This document shows, piece after piece, positions 38,135 to 50,758 of a stretch of 64,000 nucleotides of DNA. Position 1 is the stretch's first letter; every line of letters starts with the position of its first letter. A program made the translations under genes and the position numbers. Source of the stretch: Podarcis filfolensis (taxonomy: Eukaryota); the NCBI GenBank assembly GCA_964270895.1, contig OZ185444.1; one strand, given 5' to 3'. The notes below the pieces were generated by a model that was not told the origin of the DNA, searched no databases, and worked only from the letters and a program-made list of their open reading frames with translations.

Positions 38135-40800
38135 CCCCCTCGCTGCTCTAATTCTGCGTAGAATTAAAACGTTATCAAATGATTTAGGAGAAAAGGGGGG
38201 CAGCTCAAAATCTATGGGCACCCCTCTCAAAATGCCCTGCGGTGTTGTGAGCCTCCTCTAGGACAAAGCCACGGGCTCTTTTCCCTTCAAGCACAACAGC
38301 AGAAGTAATGCAAAGACAAACCAGTAAGGAGAGCATTGGATAGATAACTCTGAGCTCGATAGCGTCAGCTGTATGAGAGATTAAACCAACTCCTCGGCTG
38401 CAATTTCAAATCTGGAATGGGATTCAAGCCAGCAGATTGGAGATGTGGAATATTTCCTTGGGAAATCCACAAGTATCAGCAAGGCATTTCCAGTAAAACT
38501 CTCACACTGGCACAACCCCATCCCAGGTGAGCTCAAAGCACAGGAATGAGGCACAGCATAGAAACTCTAAAACAGCATATTCCTCCTTTAATGAACTCCT
38601 ACTTAGGCTTTTCCCTATATGGTGGGATAAACAAACCAACATAATGTGTTTGTGTTTAACTTTGTGTTTAAAAGGAAATTATTGTGAAACTTCTAATACA
38701 GCTTTCTGTATAAATATCTGTGCTTAAGCTTGAACTACCACAGCTACCTACAATGCCTCCACGTCTACTTTCCCAACAGTTAACTTAAATGGAGAGAACA
38801 GAAACGGTAAAGCCAAAAGGCTGCTCAGCACCTGGTCTTTGCTGGAATTCAGCCCTGTTGTCGTGTATTTGCAGTTAGTTAACCTAACTATCCCACAAGG
38901 CTATGTCTGCACGAATGGCTCCCAATGGAGAATGTAGTGAGAAGAAGGGTTGCAACAAGCTCTTTAAATTGGGACCAGTGGATTTTCTGCACTTGTGCCA
39001 AATGCACAGAACCTGCACAATGGCTTGTGAATATGAAGCAGGCCTTCTGACTTTTTCTTCCGTTCTGTACCTCTTTGTGCTGTGTCACAAGCTACTTTGA
39101 AACATTGTCAGGTACTGTGCAAGGGAAAATAAGTCAGAAACTCCTCTGTGTGCATGTAGCTCACGAGACTGATGGTTGTCTTCAACTTATTGAGTGATTA
39201 AAAAAGACCCTTTGATGCAAACAGAGAGGTGGTTTGGGGAAGAGCAAAATACAGTGCCTTAGAACTCCTTTGTACTGGGAAGGGCAGATCCATCTATGAA
39301 GTACTTTGGAGTTTTAAGCCATGGCATGCAGATCATGGTCCTATACGAAGCAGCAACCAAAATCAACTATTTAAAGCACACGGACACATACACAAACTGG
39401 AGTTTGTTCATGTTTGGAATTATGATTAGATTCCAAGCAAATAACTCACTTGAGGAGAAGGTCACACAATAAGAGAGACATCATATATACACAGACCAGG
39501 GAGACAGCAGAACTCCCGCACAGATTCCAGCAGTTTCACTGGGACTTTAAATCTGTCAACAGCTGCAATGTAACTACAGCAGTTTCTCCCTAGTGAAGCA
39601 TAATGCCTCAGGTTATTGACTCACATGAGAGAACAGTCAGTAACGTTATCTAGAGTGGGGTTAGGAATTCCTCATATTATACAGATTTATGTTTGTCATA
39701 TGTAGAGAGCTGATTTAGCCAGCGAGAGACTCTATAGACTTATACCTCTGGAGACAAAATAGCCCCAATTAAACCATAATTAATAATTATGTCTTAGTTA
39801 ATGTTTGCTCAGTGATCAAAAGCTGTTAGGTACATTACAGTAGCAAATAGGCTTCCTAATTCACTGAGAAAGATATGGTTTAGACTGCAGAAGCTCCCTT
39901 CATGTGGTTTCCACCTAAAAATGGCCACAGCCTAAACTGAGCTAGCAGTACAGAAAAACACTCAGTATTCAGGGACATACACAGAGGCAAAGATGACATA
40001 TTTGTCTTTTATATTCTGTCCAGAACATAACCAGAAGCAAATATTTTGCTGCTTATTGCTAATAAAAAATTGATATTTAATGCTCTGCCCCTTCTTGACC
40101 ACCCTGATCCTTAAGCTTCTATATCTGGTTCTAGCCCACTTTTTACATGGTCCTAAGCAAAGTGTAAGATTTCTCCAGAGGTCTCTGTTCACATCCTTTG
40201 GCTTCCTTATTCCCTCAACTCCATGCTTCAGTTCTTACAAAGAAATGCATCTAAGGCTGCATTAGTATCATGAGTTCACATATGCTCATAATGCAACTCC
40301 CTTCTTTGAATGCTACAAATACAAAACAAACCAGCAAAACATATGACCGATTGTTCATTTGACTTTTAGCAATTTTCTGAAATGTCACTATTAGCCAATA
40401 CCTTTTCCTCCAGCCACCTCGCAGCACTCACTCTCCATTCTCTCCAAAACACCTGTCTCTCCACACAATTCTCTCCTGAACTCACCACTCACTGCTACCC
40501 TTACAAAACCTCAGACATCAGTTAAACCACTTCAAGGACATGAAGAAGTTACATGAATGCCCCCAAACTACACATTGTACATCCTTAAAAGACTAAGCCA
40601 TCACAGATTCACAAGCATTGAGAGCTTTTAACATGACTAAGCTGAACAGTCTTAGGTTTCAATTTTTGTTCTGAAAATTGCCCATTTGATAAGGTGTAGA
40701 GATCATTCATGGAAAACCCAATTGCCATTTGTTCAGATTGAGTGGTAAACAGTGGGTTTTCCAAGGGAAAGCAGAGAGCCTATCTACCTACTTACCTACC

Positions 40801-40936
40801 TAGTGCTATTTTTCTAGAAAAATAGGTGCCAGAACTCACCATGAACACCTCCCTTGTTGTCTTACAATGGCAATGGAGCCCACCTGAGAGGTGCCAGACC
40901 TGAGTTCCAGAGAGTTCCAGCTGAAAAAAACCCCTG
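40801..40936. mobile_element. Probable short TIR element between tetranucleotide repeats
   Basis: Ends TAGTGCTATTTTTC / GAAAAAAACCCCTG. Flanked by CCTA-like repeats and (TCTA)11. Confidence 0.4.
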
Positions 40937-40942
40937 ATTCAT

Positions 40943-40986
<44 letters not shown>
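40943..40986. repeat. (TCTA)11 microsatellite
   Basis: Seen directly. Confidence 0.95.
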
Positions 40987-41465
40987 CACACTGCTTGAAT
41001 ACAGACCTAAAATTCTCAGACCTGTGCCTAGAAAGCGTGACATGAAAGGAAGTGTGGGTGAGCCCGGAACCTTTAACTGAAAAAGCAAACAGGTGAGGCT
41101 TTAGAGGCTGCTTCCCAGTCCTTCTGCCACAGAATTGTACAGCTTCCCCAGGTATGCCCCTTTAGGGCATTTGCAGGAACTCTATAGTCCTGAAAATTAT
41201 CAGACTTTTTTGGTGAGTGGGCATGTGCAGAAAAAGTGGCAAGAAACAGATATGATGTTTTGCCAAACACAAAAATGACAATAACTCTATACATGTGACT
41301 TTGTCTAAGGCCTAGTTTTAAATAGACGGATTTCAGACAATAAATTCTGTGACAAGTGATGGGTCACCTACCAGTTTGCAAAAGAGACAATTTCATACTA
41401 AATGAAGTGTTTCCCTATCCTTAACCTCAACCCTATGCCTCAAGTGTATTGAAACAAGTTCCTAC

Positions 41466-41543
41466 CTGCAGCAATTGCCGTCTTCCCACCTACAGTCACA
41501 GCCACAGAAGTGCTCACAGTTACCGCCTCAGGCAGACCTCCTT
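41466..41543 (-). CDS. CACNA2D4: CACNA2D4 internal exon (approx. exon 26): (E)GGLPEAVTVSTSVAVTVGGKTAIAA
   Basis: TCTTGACAG|AAGGAGG...GCTGCAG|GTAGG. It is 78 nt, phase 1 to 1, and matches VTASTAVAVTVDKRTAIAA. Confidence 0.9.
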
Positions 41544-42763
41544 CTGTCAAGACATAAATGAAGCAAATTTAGTACCTGACCCTGTATCCCTAAGGAAGAG
41601 GGTCTCAGAACTGACACTCACAAATCAAGCACAAAACTGCAGTACAGAGAAGGCTGAGGTTTAATTTACACAAACAGCACAAACCTGTGTCAAGACTCCA
41701 GGCTGCAGGTGGAGATTCACCTGAGTGATTGCTCCTTCAAAGATTAAAAAGTCCCTACACATGTCTAAGATGTCACAGAGACATCTCCATAATGTGTGTG
41801 TGTGTTTATTAACTCAAAATACTTATAGGCTGACTTTCCAGGCAACGGTGGCTTGCAACAATAAAAATGGCAAAATATCGACAGTACAACCATAAAGCCA
41901 TCAGATCCGTCCCAAGAAAACAGCCAATAAAAATACTGAACCAGCAAATTAAAACACTTTCCACAGCAATAAAAAAATAAATTAATCCAGGTGTAGAAAT
42001 GTTTTTCATGAGGAAGCATTCATTCATGTTTGCCCATCCTTGTAATCTGAAATGGTACAGCCGAGATACAGCTTTAACACTCTAGCCGCTGTTTGTCTGA
42101 ACTGAGTCTCTTAAAATCCTCAGAAGCTGCTCTGTGCATTACTGATCAAGAAATAACAAGACCTCGTCACCCTTAATTAGCATAACAGGATTGCTTAGTT
42201 TTCAAAAATAGGGAGCTACAATCATATCTGAATTTTTCAAACCAATAAAGATTCCAAACAGCATGTTAAAGAAGGATGTGAAGAACTGGGAATGTGCTCC
42301 CATTCAGAAAGTAGCATAGAGAAGATTCTCTGTGATAGCAACTAAAACATCTGTTTCCACATTTATATACAGTGAACTGTCAAATTGCGTATGGAAGTTT
42401 ATAAGCAAAAGGCATCATGAATCGCTTGATATATTCATCCTATTTCCTGCTATGGGACCCCAAATATCCTCAGCAGGAAACTATGGACAGTGTGAACTAT
42501 GTTCCTAATGAAATTTCACAGTCATAAATACCACAGGCTTTAGCGGAGAGGGATGTCTATAGGCCCAAGTGGTTGCTAGGGACAACCATGGAATGTTCAT
42601 TCAAGTGGCTGCCGCTCCTAGCAAATGCAGTTAAGGCCTGTAGACTTCTGGTAGTAGCAGGTACATTTCTATGATATGCATGACCCATGAGCAGCCCTGC
42701 CACCAAATGATTCCATGTGAATGTCTTGCCTTGTTACAAAAAAGGACTGCTGCAATTGTGGCA

Positions 42764-42872
42764 TGTGGCATACATGTGGTATGCATGCAGTGTGGCATAC
42801 ATGTGGTATGCATGCAGTGTGGTATGCATGCAGTGCATACATGTGGTATGCATACATGTGGTATGCATGCAG
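42764..42872. repeat. Modular minisatellite (GCATACATGTGGTATGCATGCAGTGTG and rearranged sub-units)
   Basis: Two full 27-nt units are followed by shuffled partial units. Confidence 0.9.
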
Positions 42873-43408
42873 TTCTGATTCACTCACACTACTTCCTACA
42901 GGCAAATACAAGCAAGCTGGAGGTTGTTCACATTGACGTATTACCCTGGCAGGGCTACATGCATGAGCTAACCCAGTAAGACAACTTAAAATGCTCCATA
43001 GTTTCTCCTGTCACACTGACAAAATGTTAATTAGTCAAGATTTCAGTCCATTTATTCAGTGGTTAGATTAATTCAGCCTGGAATAAAAATATTAGTTAAT
43101 ATTCAGTTTATCAACAGAGCGTCAGGTGTTTTTGATATTTGAAATATGTGTGACCTACCAAAGGAGCAGATAGGATTAACTGGCCCTGTAAGGGGTGATG
43201 GCTGAATTCTAAAAGAACTGTTTTAACAGCCCTAAAGGTCATTTAATATTGGATTAATCCAATATTTTAAAGGAATTTATGGTCTCTCATTTGGGACAGG
43301 TGTTGCACAGCCACTTTTATCACAAAAGAAGACTACCACACCAGTGAAATACTGGTACCCCAGAAGGTAATCACCGCGTTGTTGCATGCCACCACAATCC
43401 CTGAGCAT

Positions 43409-43850
43409 TGTGAAATTGCAGGAGTTCCAGGTGTTTACCCAGGGTTCAGTTTCCTCAGAATGAGAGTCAGTGGAGACCGTGGTATCTTTAGGATTTATTA
43501 TTTATTTACACATATATACAACTTGAGCCTACACTGGAGAGGCTCACAGCATTAACATCAAGCATGTCTCTTCTTCACAGGCTTCAGCCTGCAGCCTGCT
43601 TATTGCTCAGCTCTCACACACCCCTCTGACCATTGTCCTTCCAACCAACTGCCAGGTGAAGTAGAGGGGCTCATCCATTTGTTCTCTGGCACAGAGCCAC
43701 TTCATTTGTTACCTTAATGGCCCATACTTAAGGGGCCATCACCTTGCCAAAAAGCTGGCCTAGCTATTCCAGCAATTGATTCCTTGCTGGATCCAAGAAT
43801 TAGAAGGGGACTCAGGCATAAAGTCTAACCCCCTGTGCCCCAAAATCACA
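43409..43850 (-). mobile_element. Probable older solo LTR (442 bp)
   Basis: TGTGA...TCACA inverted termini. AATAAA signals on the - strand (43494-43506) sit about 90 nt from the 3' end, as expected for an LTR. No TSD was recovered. Confidence 0.55.
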
Positions 43851-44992
43851 ATAGTAGATTAGAACCTATTCTCTCAAAGAACAGATAGAGTGGACAACCT
43901 AATACTAGACAGTACTGTTTCACATGGTGTCTTCACATGCTTGAACACACCTCAGTACATAAACATTCCCTACACATAGATAACTATTTGGTAAAAAGTT
44001 AGGATGGAACTCCTCTCTCTGACATCTAGCTTGAAGTGCATTCAATTATGCCAGGCCCCACCTGCAGTCTGAAGTGCTACAGTCATGAAACAGGTTCACT
44101 TCCTCATCTGCTTTTTGAGAGAACTAGGCTTGTGAATCAAGTGTAGGCAAACTTGTTTACATTTCTTTGTGCTTTACAACTGTTCCATTTTCTGTGTTAA
44201 CAGGGACATTCTGAAGGTCAGGATTTCTGGTCACATCACACACAAACACATGTTTTTATTCCTTCACAGTATATTGCCTTACGGAATATTCTGCCCCAAC
44301 ATAAGGGTTTTCCTTTCTCTTCCCCCACAGTTCCAGAACTTGTCATTTGCTTTTTATTCTTGGCTCCATCACCAGTGCCCAATGTGTCCTGAACATGACT
44401 TTGCAGCTTCATTCATTTTTAGCCTCAAGTCTTTGTGCAGATTGAAACAAACAACAAAAAACCTACAACAGCCCTGAAATTAAGTTGATTTGTGGAAGGG
44501 CATTGCACAGACCTAAGGGAGCACTTGTTCAATTCAAGGACTCTCCTTCTGGATAGCATTCATATGCCTCAACCATTATCCTTGTGGCATTCAAAAATCC
44601 TCTCTCTCACACTCATACACTTCTGTGTGTTTTGGGGACAGACAAAGGACACCAAAACCCTCCAGCAGAACGCCACGTGACTTCCTGCAGTGTTATACGT
44701 ATAGATACAGCACAAACCCTAAGGAAATGAGAGCTTTTAGTTCACTTGCTGGACACAGCACTAATTCCAACTTCTGACCTTACCTTTTGCATGTTACAGC
44801 TCCGGGGGGAAATAATCTAATAAGAATAGCATGACATTCTCCCTCCCCACAGGCATATGCATTCTAATATCATGTTCATTACCACATGGAGCAGGAGACA
44901 AATGTACTCCTGCAACCTCAAAAACCAGCTTGTCCCTGAAACACAGTCTGGAAAGAGATTGAAGTGGTTTGAAGGAGTCCACAGATGTCTAT

Positions 44993-45146
44993 GTGACATC
45001 TGAAGGCAGCCCTGTTTTGGGAAGCTTTTAATCCCCCCCCCCGGGTATTTTTGTTGGAAGCCACCCAAAGTGGCTGGGGCAACCCAGTCAGATGGGCGGG
45101 ATATAAGAAATAAATTATTAGTAGCATTAGCATTAGTATTATTAGT
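44993..45146 (+). mobile_element. L2-type LINE 3' end (same family as 61185-61504)
   Basis: GACATCTGAAGGCAGCCCTG...GTGGCTGGGGCAACCCAGTCAGATGGGCGGGATAT with an ATT-rich tail. Confidence 0.75.
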
Positions 45147-45684
45147 GTTCATACATGTTTCTTTCATCCTAATGCAAATTCTAGTCAAGCATGTCCGGCA
45201 GCTTAAACTGAAAAAACATAAAAAGCCTTGCAAAATTTGTTTACTGAGGTGAAATTCGGATATGCTACACACCCGCTTCTACCCACAACTTCCTCTTGCT
45301 TCTCATCAACCCACTCCCACATGGGTTTAATTTCTACATCTAGTTATTAACATTAAAAGGTGTCCTATGCACTTATTTCCAAATCATCTGGGGAGGCATT
45401 TGCATAAATTGGTCTTTGTATAGGGTTGGGAGATCCTGTGGTCAATATTATGAAATGGGCCCAGAGACTAGTCATACCTACACTGATTTTAAGTTCTGCT
45501 AAGGAATGAGTGTGTGAGAGAGATTTTGGACAGCCCCAAATATCTGTCACCCAAGGTCAAAGCACACCTGCATGAGTTCATTAAACATTTGGTTTTTGTA
45601 TAAAGTAGGGTCTGTACTGTATCACTAAATGGAGCACATAGTGAAACCCCATCTCCCACCCCACCTTACTTACTAACTGTAACT

Positions 45685-46031
45685 TAGGGTGGGGAACCTA
45701 TTTCAGCCTGAGGGCCACATGCCTTTGTGGACAACATTCTGAGGGCTACACGCCAGTGGTGGGCAAGGGTAAGAGGCAAAAGAGCTAGGAGAAACCAATG
45801 TAAATTTTATGTCTGCAATGTAAGTTAATTTCAATACACACTCACACACCTTTCTGTATCCTCCATCCGGACAGGCCAGAGACATTATAAGGATTCAAGG
45901 GCACATTCCAGACAGGCAAAAAGACAGGGGGCAATGAAAGGTGCAGCCTAGGAAGAGGGGGTTCAAACAAGAGCCAGACGGAGATGTCACAAGGATTGCA
46001 TGTGCCTCAGGTCTGAGGTTCCCCACCCCTG
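45685..46031. mobile_element. hAT-type MITE (about 347 bp)
   Basis: TIRs TAGGGTGGGGAACCT / AGGTTCCCCACCCCTG. The TSD is only partial (..TAACT). Confidence 0.65.
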
Positions 46032-46433
46032 TCCTAACTTACCTCAGAAGCGAGCCAGCTGATGAAAAGTGTTCAATTAGCAAAGTATGGGGAAGTGGGC
46101 AGATTTTGTTCCCCTTCCCCATTATATTCAGCTTTATAATGAAACCAGCAAGCAAATAAATATAGCTGGTTTGTCCCTCAATTCCACTACAGAAAATGTG
46201 AGCAGAGCCTCTGTCGTTTATTGCCATTTCAAGGAAATCAAAGCTGTTACCCTGAAGTACTTTTTCTGTGGCAAAGTTTAAGCTAAAAACTAATTAGGTT
46301 TGAGGTAGCAGCAATGCTGAAAACAGATACCAGGTGCTGTGGGGATTTAACTACACTATGGCATCACCTAAGATCTTATAAGGGCTTTGAGAATGTCAGG
46401 TAGTAAGAAAACATGAGGTCAGCAACTGCTAAA

Positions 46434-46555
46434 GCAGGGGGTAAAGAACCTATGTTGGACTTCAACTCCCATAAGCCCCAGGCAACATAACCAATAGTCA
46501 GGGATGATGGGAGTTGTGGTCTAGCAACATCTTGAGGCCCACAGTTTAGCCACTT
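46434..46555. mobile_element. Degenerate MITE related to 48732-48867
   Basis: GGACTTCAACTCCCAT...AGGGATGATGGGAGTTGTGGTC core. Similar decayed copies occur near 13970-14050 and 18775-18868. Confidence 0.55.
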
Positions 46556-48731
46556 TAAAGGCGCAAGAGCCACAAAAGCCAAAGCAAGGCTTCTGGTGGC
46601 CAGATAATAAGGCTTCCTGGAAAGAGTGGAGTAAAGGTAAGTGTGGATAAGTCCTTAGGGAAGGGAACAGATGAAACTGCAGAGATAAAAGGCATAGAAG
46701 TTGAAGGAAAAATAGAGAGAGGAGGCCCAAGTGCAAACATTGTTCATGAGGAAACCTTCATTTCCAGGTCCTGGTCCCTTGCAAAAGAGCTACCCAAAAT
46801 AACACATTAGAACAAGGGAACATTAATTTTTGGAGGTGTTTGTATCATGGAGTGTGTGGTGGGAAGAAAAGTGCCTCCTCCCATTCTGGTTATATATTCC
46901 TTCTCTTAAAGCATAGCTGGGGTAAACAGAATTGGCAAATGTTTGATTTAAAAATTACCAGTCTGGAAATGCTAGCGAAAGAGCCAGGCTAGGACTTGCA
47001 ACACATAGAGTGAAAGCTGGCAATATTAGTATGCCCATTATACAACATTAATACAGCTAATCAGTGGAACCTGATTATGATCAGGGGCTAGAAGAGCCTG
47101 ACAGATCAAGGGTGGAGCCTGAGAGGAACTGGGCTGGGTCAACAGGAAATAATATTTAAAAAACAAGGAAACAAGCAAACCTTTGTCTAGCCTGCTATTG
47201 TTTATTAGTATTTCTGCCCCAAGGTTTCCAGAGCAGAGCTTTACTAATTGCAGCAGTTCTATAAAGGATAGCTGACAGATCTAGGAAGCGCAAAGGGGAA
47301 AACAAGGAAGGAGGGAAGGGCTGAGCTTCTTTATCTCCATTCCACTCACCACCACATTCACATCCTGGTTCATATTCTTTTTCCCAGTCTTGTTTTCTTT
47401 GCTCAACTGCTGTCTTCTCTACCCACCCACCCTCCCACTACAATGCCAAAAAAAGCTTTGCAGCTAAAGCATTGTGCATTGTGATGACAGTGCCTGAATG
47501 CAGAAGAGGGTTGAGCAAAAGTACATAGTGGTTTCCAGACCACATAGATTCCCCCCCATTCTTTTGTGGTAGTTGTCATTGCTGTTCATTGACATCATCT
47601 ATTCCTCCCCGCCCTCCACAGAAGTGATTCCATGAGAACACTTTCTGAAACTTTACTTTGCACTGAAACAGTGAACCCTGAAGTCAGAAAAAGCATTGGA
47701 TGATGAATATGCCCCTCCAACTACAGGTGTTTTCATTCAGTGATAACCAGACCCGGAAGGAGAAAGGGAAGAGGAGAGGCTTTCTACTGGCAACTTCCCA
47801 TGTATAACCTTGGAGCAAACACATGTCAAATCGTTAACTGATTGATACACTGGAATGTGTAGTTCCTCTTCACAAAGCTGAGAGTCCCCCCTTGTATCCT
47901 TCCATTACCTTAGTGTAATTTTGACTCACCTGCTGTGTGATTAATGAAAGCATATGGCACAAATTTCCCTCAGAGCTCTTCTGCACTGGGCTAATTTTGG
48001 CTGCCTTAAAGTACCCTTCTGTATGTCATTTTTCATGGTGAGCAAATCCTGCATCACTACACCGCTGCGGCAAAAGGGTGAGATTTGATGATGACCAACA
48101 CAGCCTTCATTTAGCAAGTGAGATGAAATGTACACCACCCAGCTTGTGAGCAAAATAATGAAAGCCCCATTCTCATCAAAACAAAGTAATAACCTCATCT
48201 CATCTCTGCAACATGCTGACAGCTATTCAAATTATTGCAATGATTAATAGGTCTGACCACCTGTCTGACATGCATACAAGTGTTCTCATGGGGGTAGGAT
48301 AGTGCTGACTGGCCCCACCTTTTTGGTGTCCAACCTTCATGAGTTCCAAGGGTCTCTCTGCTCTGAGGCCTCAGTATATATAACAGAACATTCATCAACA
48401 TCCTAAGCACAATCTGCTCTTCCTTGTTTTTGTTGCAGGTTGCACTGTTGAAACCTACAAATGTAGATCCCTGTGCTGGCAGGACATTAGAATATATGGA
48501 GGTTAAGGGGCAGCAACATGTCAGTCTCCCATCAACAAGACAGTGCTAGAGATGCATGAGCTGCAAAAAGAACTCAATCCTTATGCCAGATTAATGTACA
48601 CAAAGCACTCCACTGCCGCCACCTTCCCTGCCCATCCCTGGACCCATAAACTTTACAGGAGAAGTGGGGTGGAAACTGATGTGAACATTGTCATTTGCCC
48701 ATGAGGGGTGTCTGGAAGCGTAGTTCTAGTC

Positions 48732-48867
48732 CAGGCACCCCCAAACTCTGCCCTCCAGATGTTTTGGGACTACAATTCCCATCATCCCTGACCACTAGCC
48801 CTGTTAGCTAGGGATGATGGGAGTTGTAGTCCCAAAACATCTGGAGGGCTGAGTTTGGGGATGCCTG
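48732..48867. mobile_element. Fully palindromic hAT-type MITE (136 bp)
   Basis: 58-nt inverted arms with 3 mismatches. The 8-bp TSD is TTCTAGTC / TTCTACTC (7/8). Confidence 0.85.
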
Positions 48868-49402
48868 TTCTACTCCATTGTCTGTGTGACAAATGGATGC
48901 TTGGAGTGTCCATGCTACCACCTCTGCCACTGTTGCCTGTCCTTCCACCCAGGTAAGGTTTGTGTTGGGCTTGGGCAGGAAAAGATGGCCAGTGCTGGAG
49001 GAGGAGAAGGGTGTTTGAAGGTTGGGTCATGCAGTCCTTATTCATAATCTGTTAGTGGGCGACATCAAGCGGGGCCTCACCCTGCCTGACCTACTTATGA
49101 GGAAGCAACAAAGGTGTTCACTTTTGTAAACATCCTTATTCAAGTCCACACAACATCCACTGTTTGCACAAGGCTATAAATCCTTCACAAATACCTAAAC
49201 TCCAGCTTTGCCTTTAAGTTATCCTCTCTTGCCCCTCTCTTTGCGATGCCTTCAATTGTCCCAAGACAGTAGCATCCTGAAGGCATTCAAATAATAAACA
49301 AAGGGGGGGGGGACTTTATGCAGTCCTGTCAGGAGCCACCTATGCTCCTGCACCTTGAGCCTGACAAGAATGGAAGCACAAGGAGGCAACACACTCTGAA
49401 AG

Positions 49403-49612
49403 ACAGACCTTGGTGCTCGTACGTTTTGGCTCCCAAACACCAAAAACCTTGAGGTTTTCGAACATTTTTCAGAAGCCAGACGTCTGACAGGGCTTCCGCT
49501 TGAGTGCAGGAAGCTACTGCAGCCAATTGGAAGCCACACCTTGGTTTTCAAACATTTCGGAAGTCGAACGGACTTCCGGAACAAATTCTGTTTGAGAACC
49601 AAGGTACGACTG
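49403..49612. mobile_element. Tc1/mariner (Tigger/pogo-like) MITE
   Basis: Right end GTTTGAGAACCAAGGTACGACTG followed by TA. The left end CAGACCTTGGTGCTCGTAC is a decayed inverse. CpG-rich interior. Confidence 0.6.
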
Positions 49613-50630
49613 TACCTGCCAAAACGCCATCACCAGAGGCACGGTACCCTTCGGCAGCCAAGGCCACCTCCCTCTTAGTCCTACTCAGTAGGGGGTAAGC
49701 ACTAACATATGCTCTGGATAAGGGCCCTTCTCAGCTCCAGGCAGAGATGGGGCATGATACTTACTGATGCAATAGCTCTGTGAAGACGTTTCCCTTGCTG
49801 AACCCAGTTGAGGCCGCCTTCTTCAGAACCTGCTCCTACTGCTGAGAACCGACTGGACCACTCCCTGGCTTGTCCCATACTCCTTCCTCAGAACCTGAGA
49901 CTCCTTGCTCTGTCAGTAACTGTTCCTGCTGCTTCCCACACCACTCAGAATTTCATAGCTAGAAGTATCCCTGCATTTGATTTATGCAGATTCCTTTGAA
50001 GGTCTGCATAGAGTTAGTGCACTTTTTTTTTCAAACTTTCTGGTTATATGAATTGGACCAAACAGACATATAATTGTATATATATAGGCCCTATGTACGC
50101 TTTCAGATAAACATATATGAGTTGGGTGTGGGGCTTACCACTGTGGTACCCATCACAGGTTCAGTATACACCGCTGAAAAGTTTTAAAAAGCCATTGAGA
50201 CTTTTTTACTCATTCCTTAGCATCATTAACAGAGGGAATAAAAATTTCAGAAAAGATTTGTGGGCTTTTCCTGTGTTTTATGGCCATCTCAGCAGTTATT
50301 TTAAAACAACATTTCAAGTTCCAGGTCTTCCAGGTGACCACAAAAAAGAGAGCTAGAACTGAATATTTATATACACTATTAACTTTGGATCCAACCTTGT
50401 GTGCTCTAGGAGTAAATCCCATTGGTAACAATGGCCAATTAAAAGATGTTTGAATGGTTACAAAAACAAAAGGACGGTGCCTCCAGTGTGTGCTTGCTGT
50501 TTTTCTGTTTGTGGGCTAAAGCGAGGGTTGAAAATATCCTAATTTTCTACTCATTCACTTGAGCTAAGAAGCTGCCTACTGACTGATTTGGCTTCAATTG
50601 TATTACAACACATGAATTACGCAGAGTTAC

Positions 50631-50758
50631 CTGAAGGGTCTTCAAAAGGAATGCTATAAATGAAGCTTCCTGGGGGATGCTCAGCTGCTCGGCGGTACCA
50701 AAGTGGGAAGTGGTCCATGGTGAAGATGCTCTCCTTATCTTCACGGGTCAAGAACTTC
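50631..50758 (-). CDS. CACNA2D4: CACNA2D4 internal exon (approx. exon 25): [42 protein letters not shown]
   Basis: TTTTCTTCTTCCAG|GAAGTTC...CCTTCAG|GTAACT. It is 128 nt, phase 2 to 1, and carries the alpha2delta FPLWYR motif. Confidence 0.95.

Noticed and set aside
42764-42872. CRISPR-like array
   Set aside because: There are no unique spacers, the units are contiguous, and the context is a vertebrate intron.
42631-42979. Overlapping ORFs with repeated CGIHVVCMQ / HTACIPHV
   Set aside because: These are translations of the minisatellite.
47698-47842. C/D-box snoRNA (ATGATGA ... CTGA)
   Set aside because: It is antisense to the only host transcript here, has no terminal stem, and such short boxes occur by chance.
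49765-49845. Possible exon ending RAIAS|GTAAGT on the - strand
   Set aside because: Wrong phase and poor match. The real exon was found at 41466-41543.
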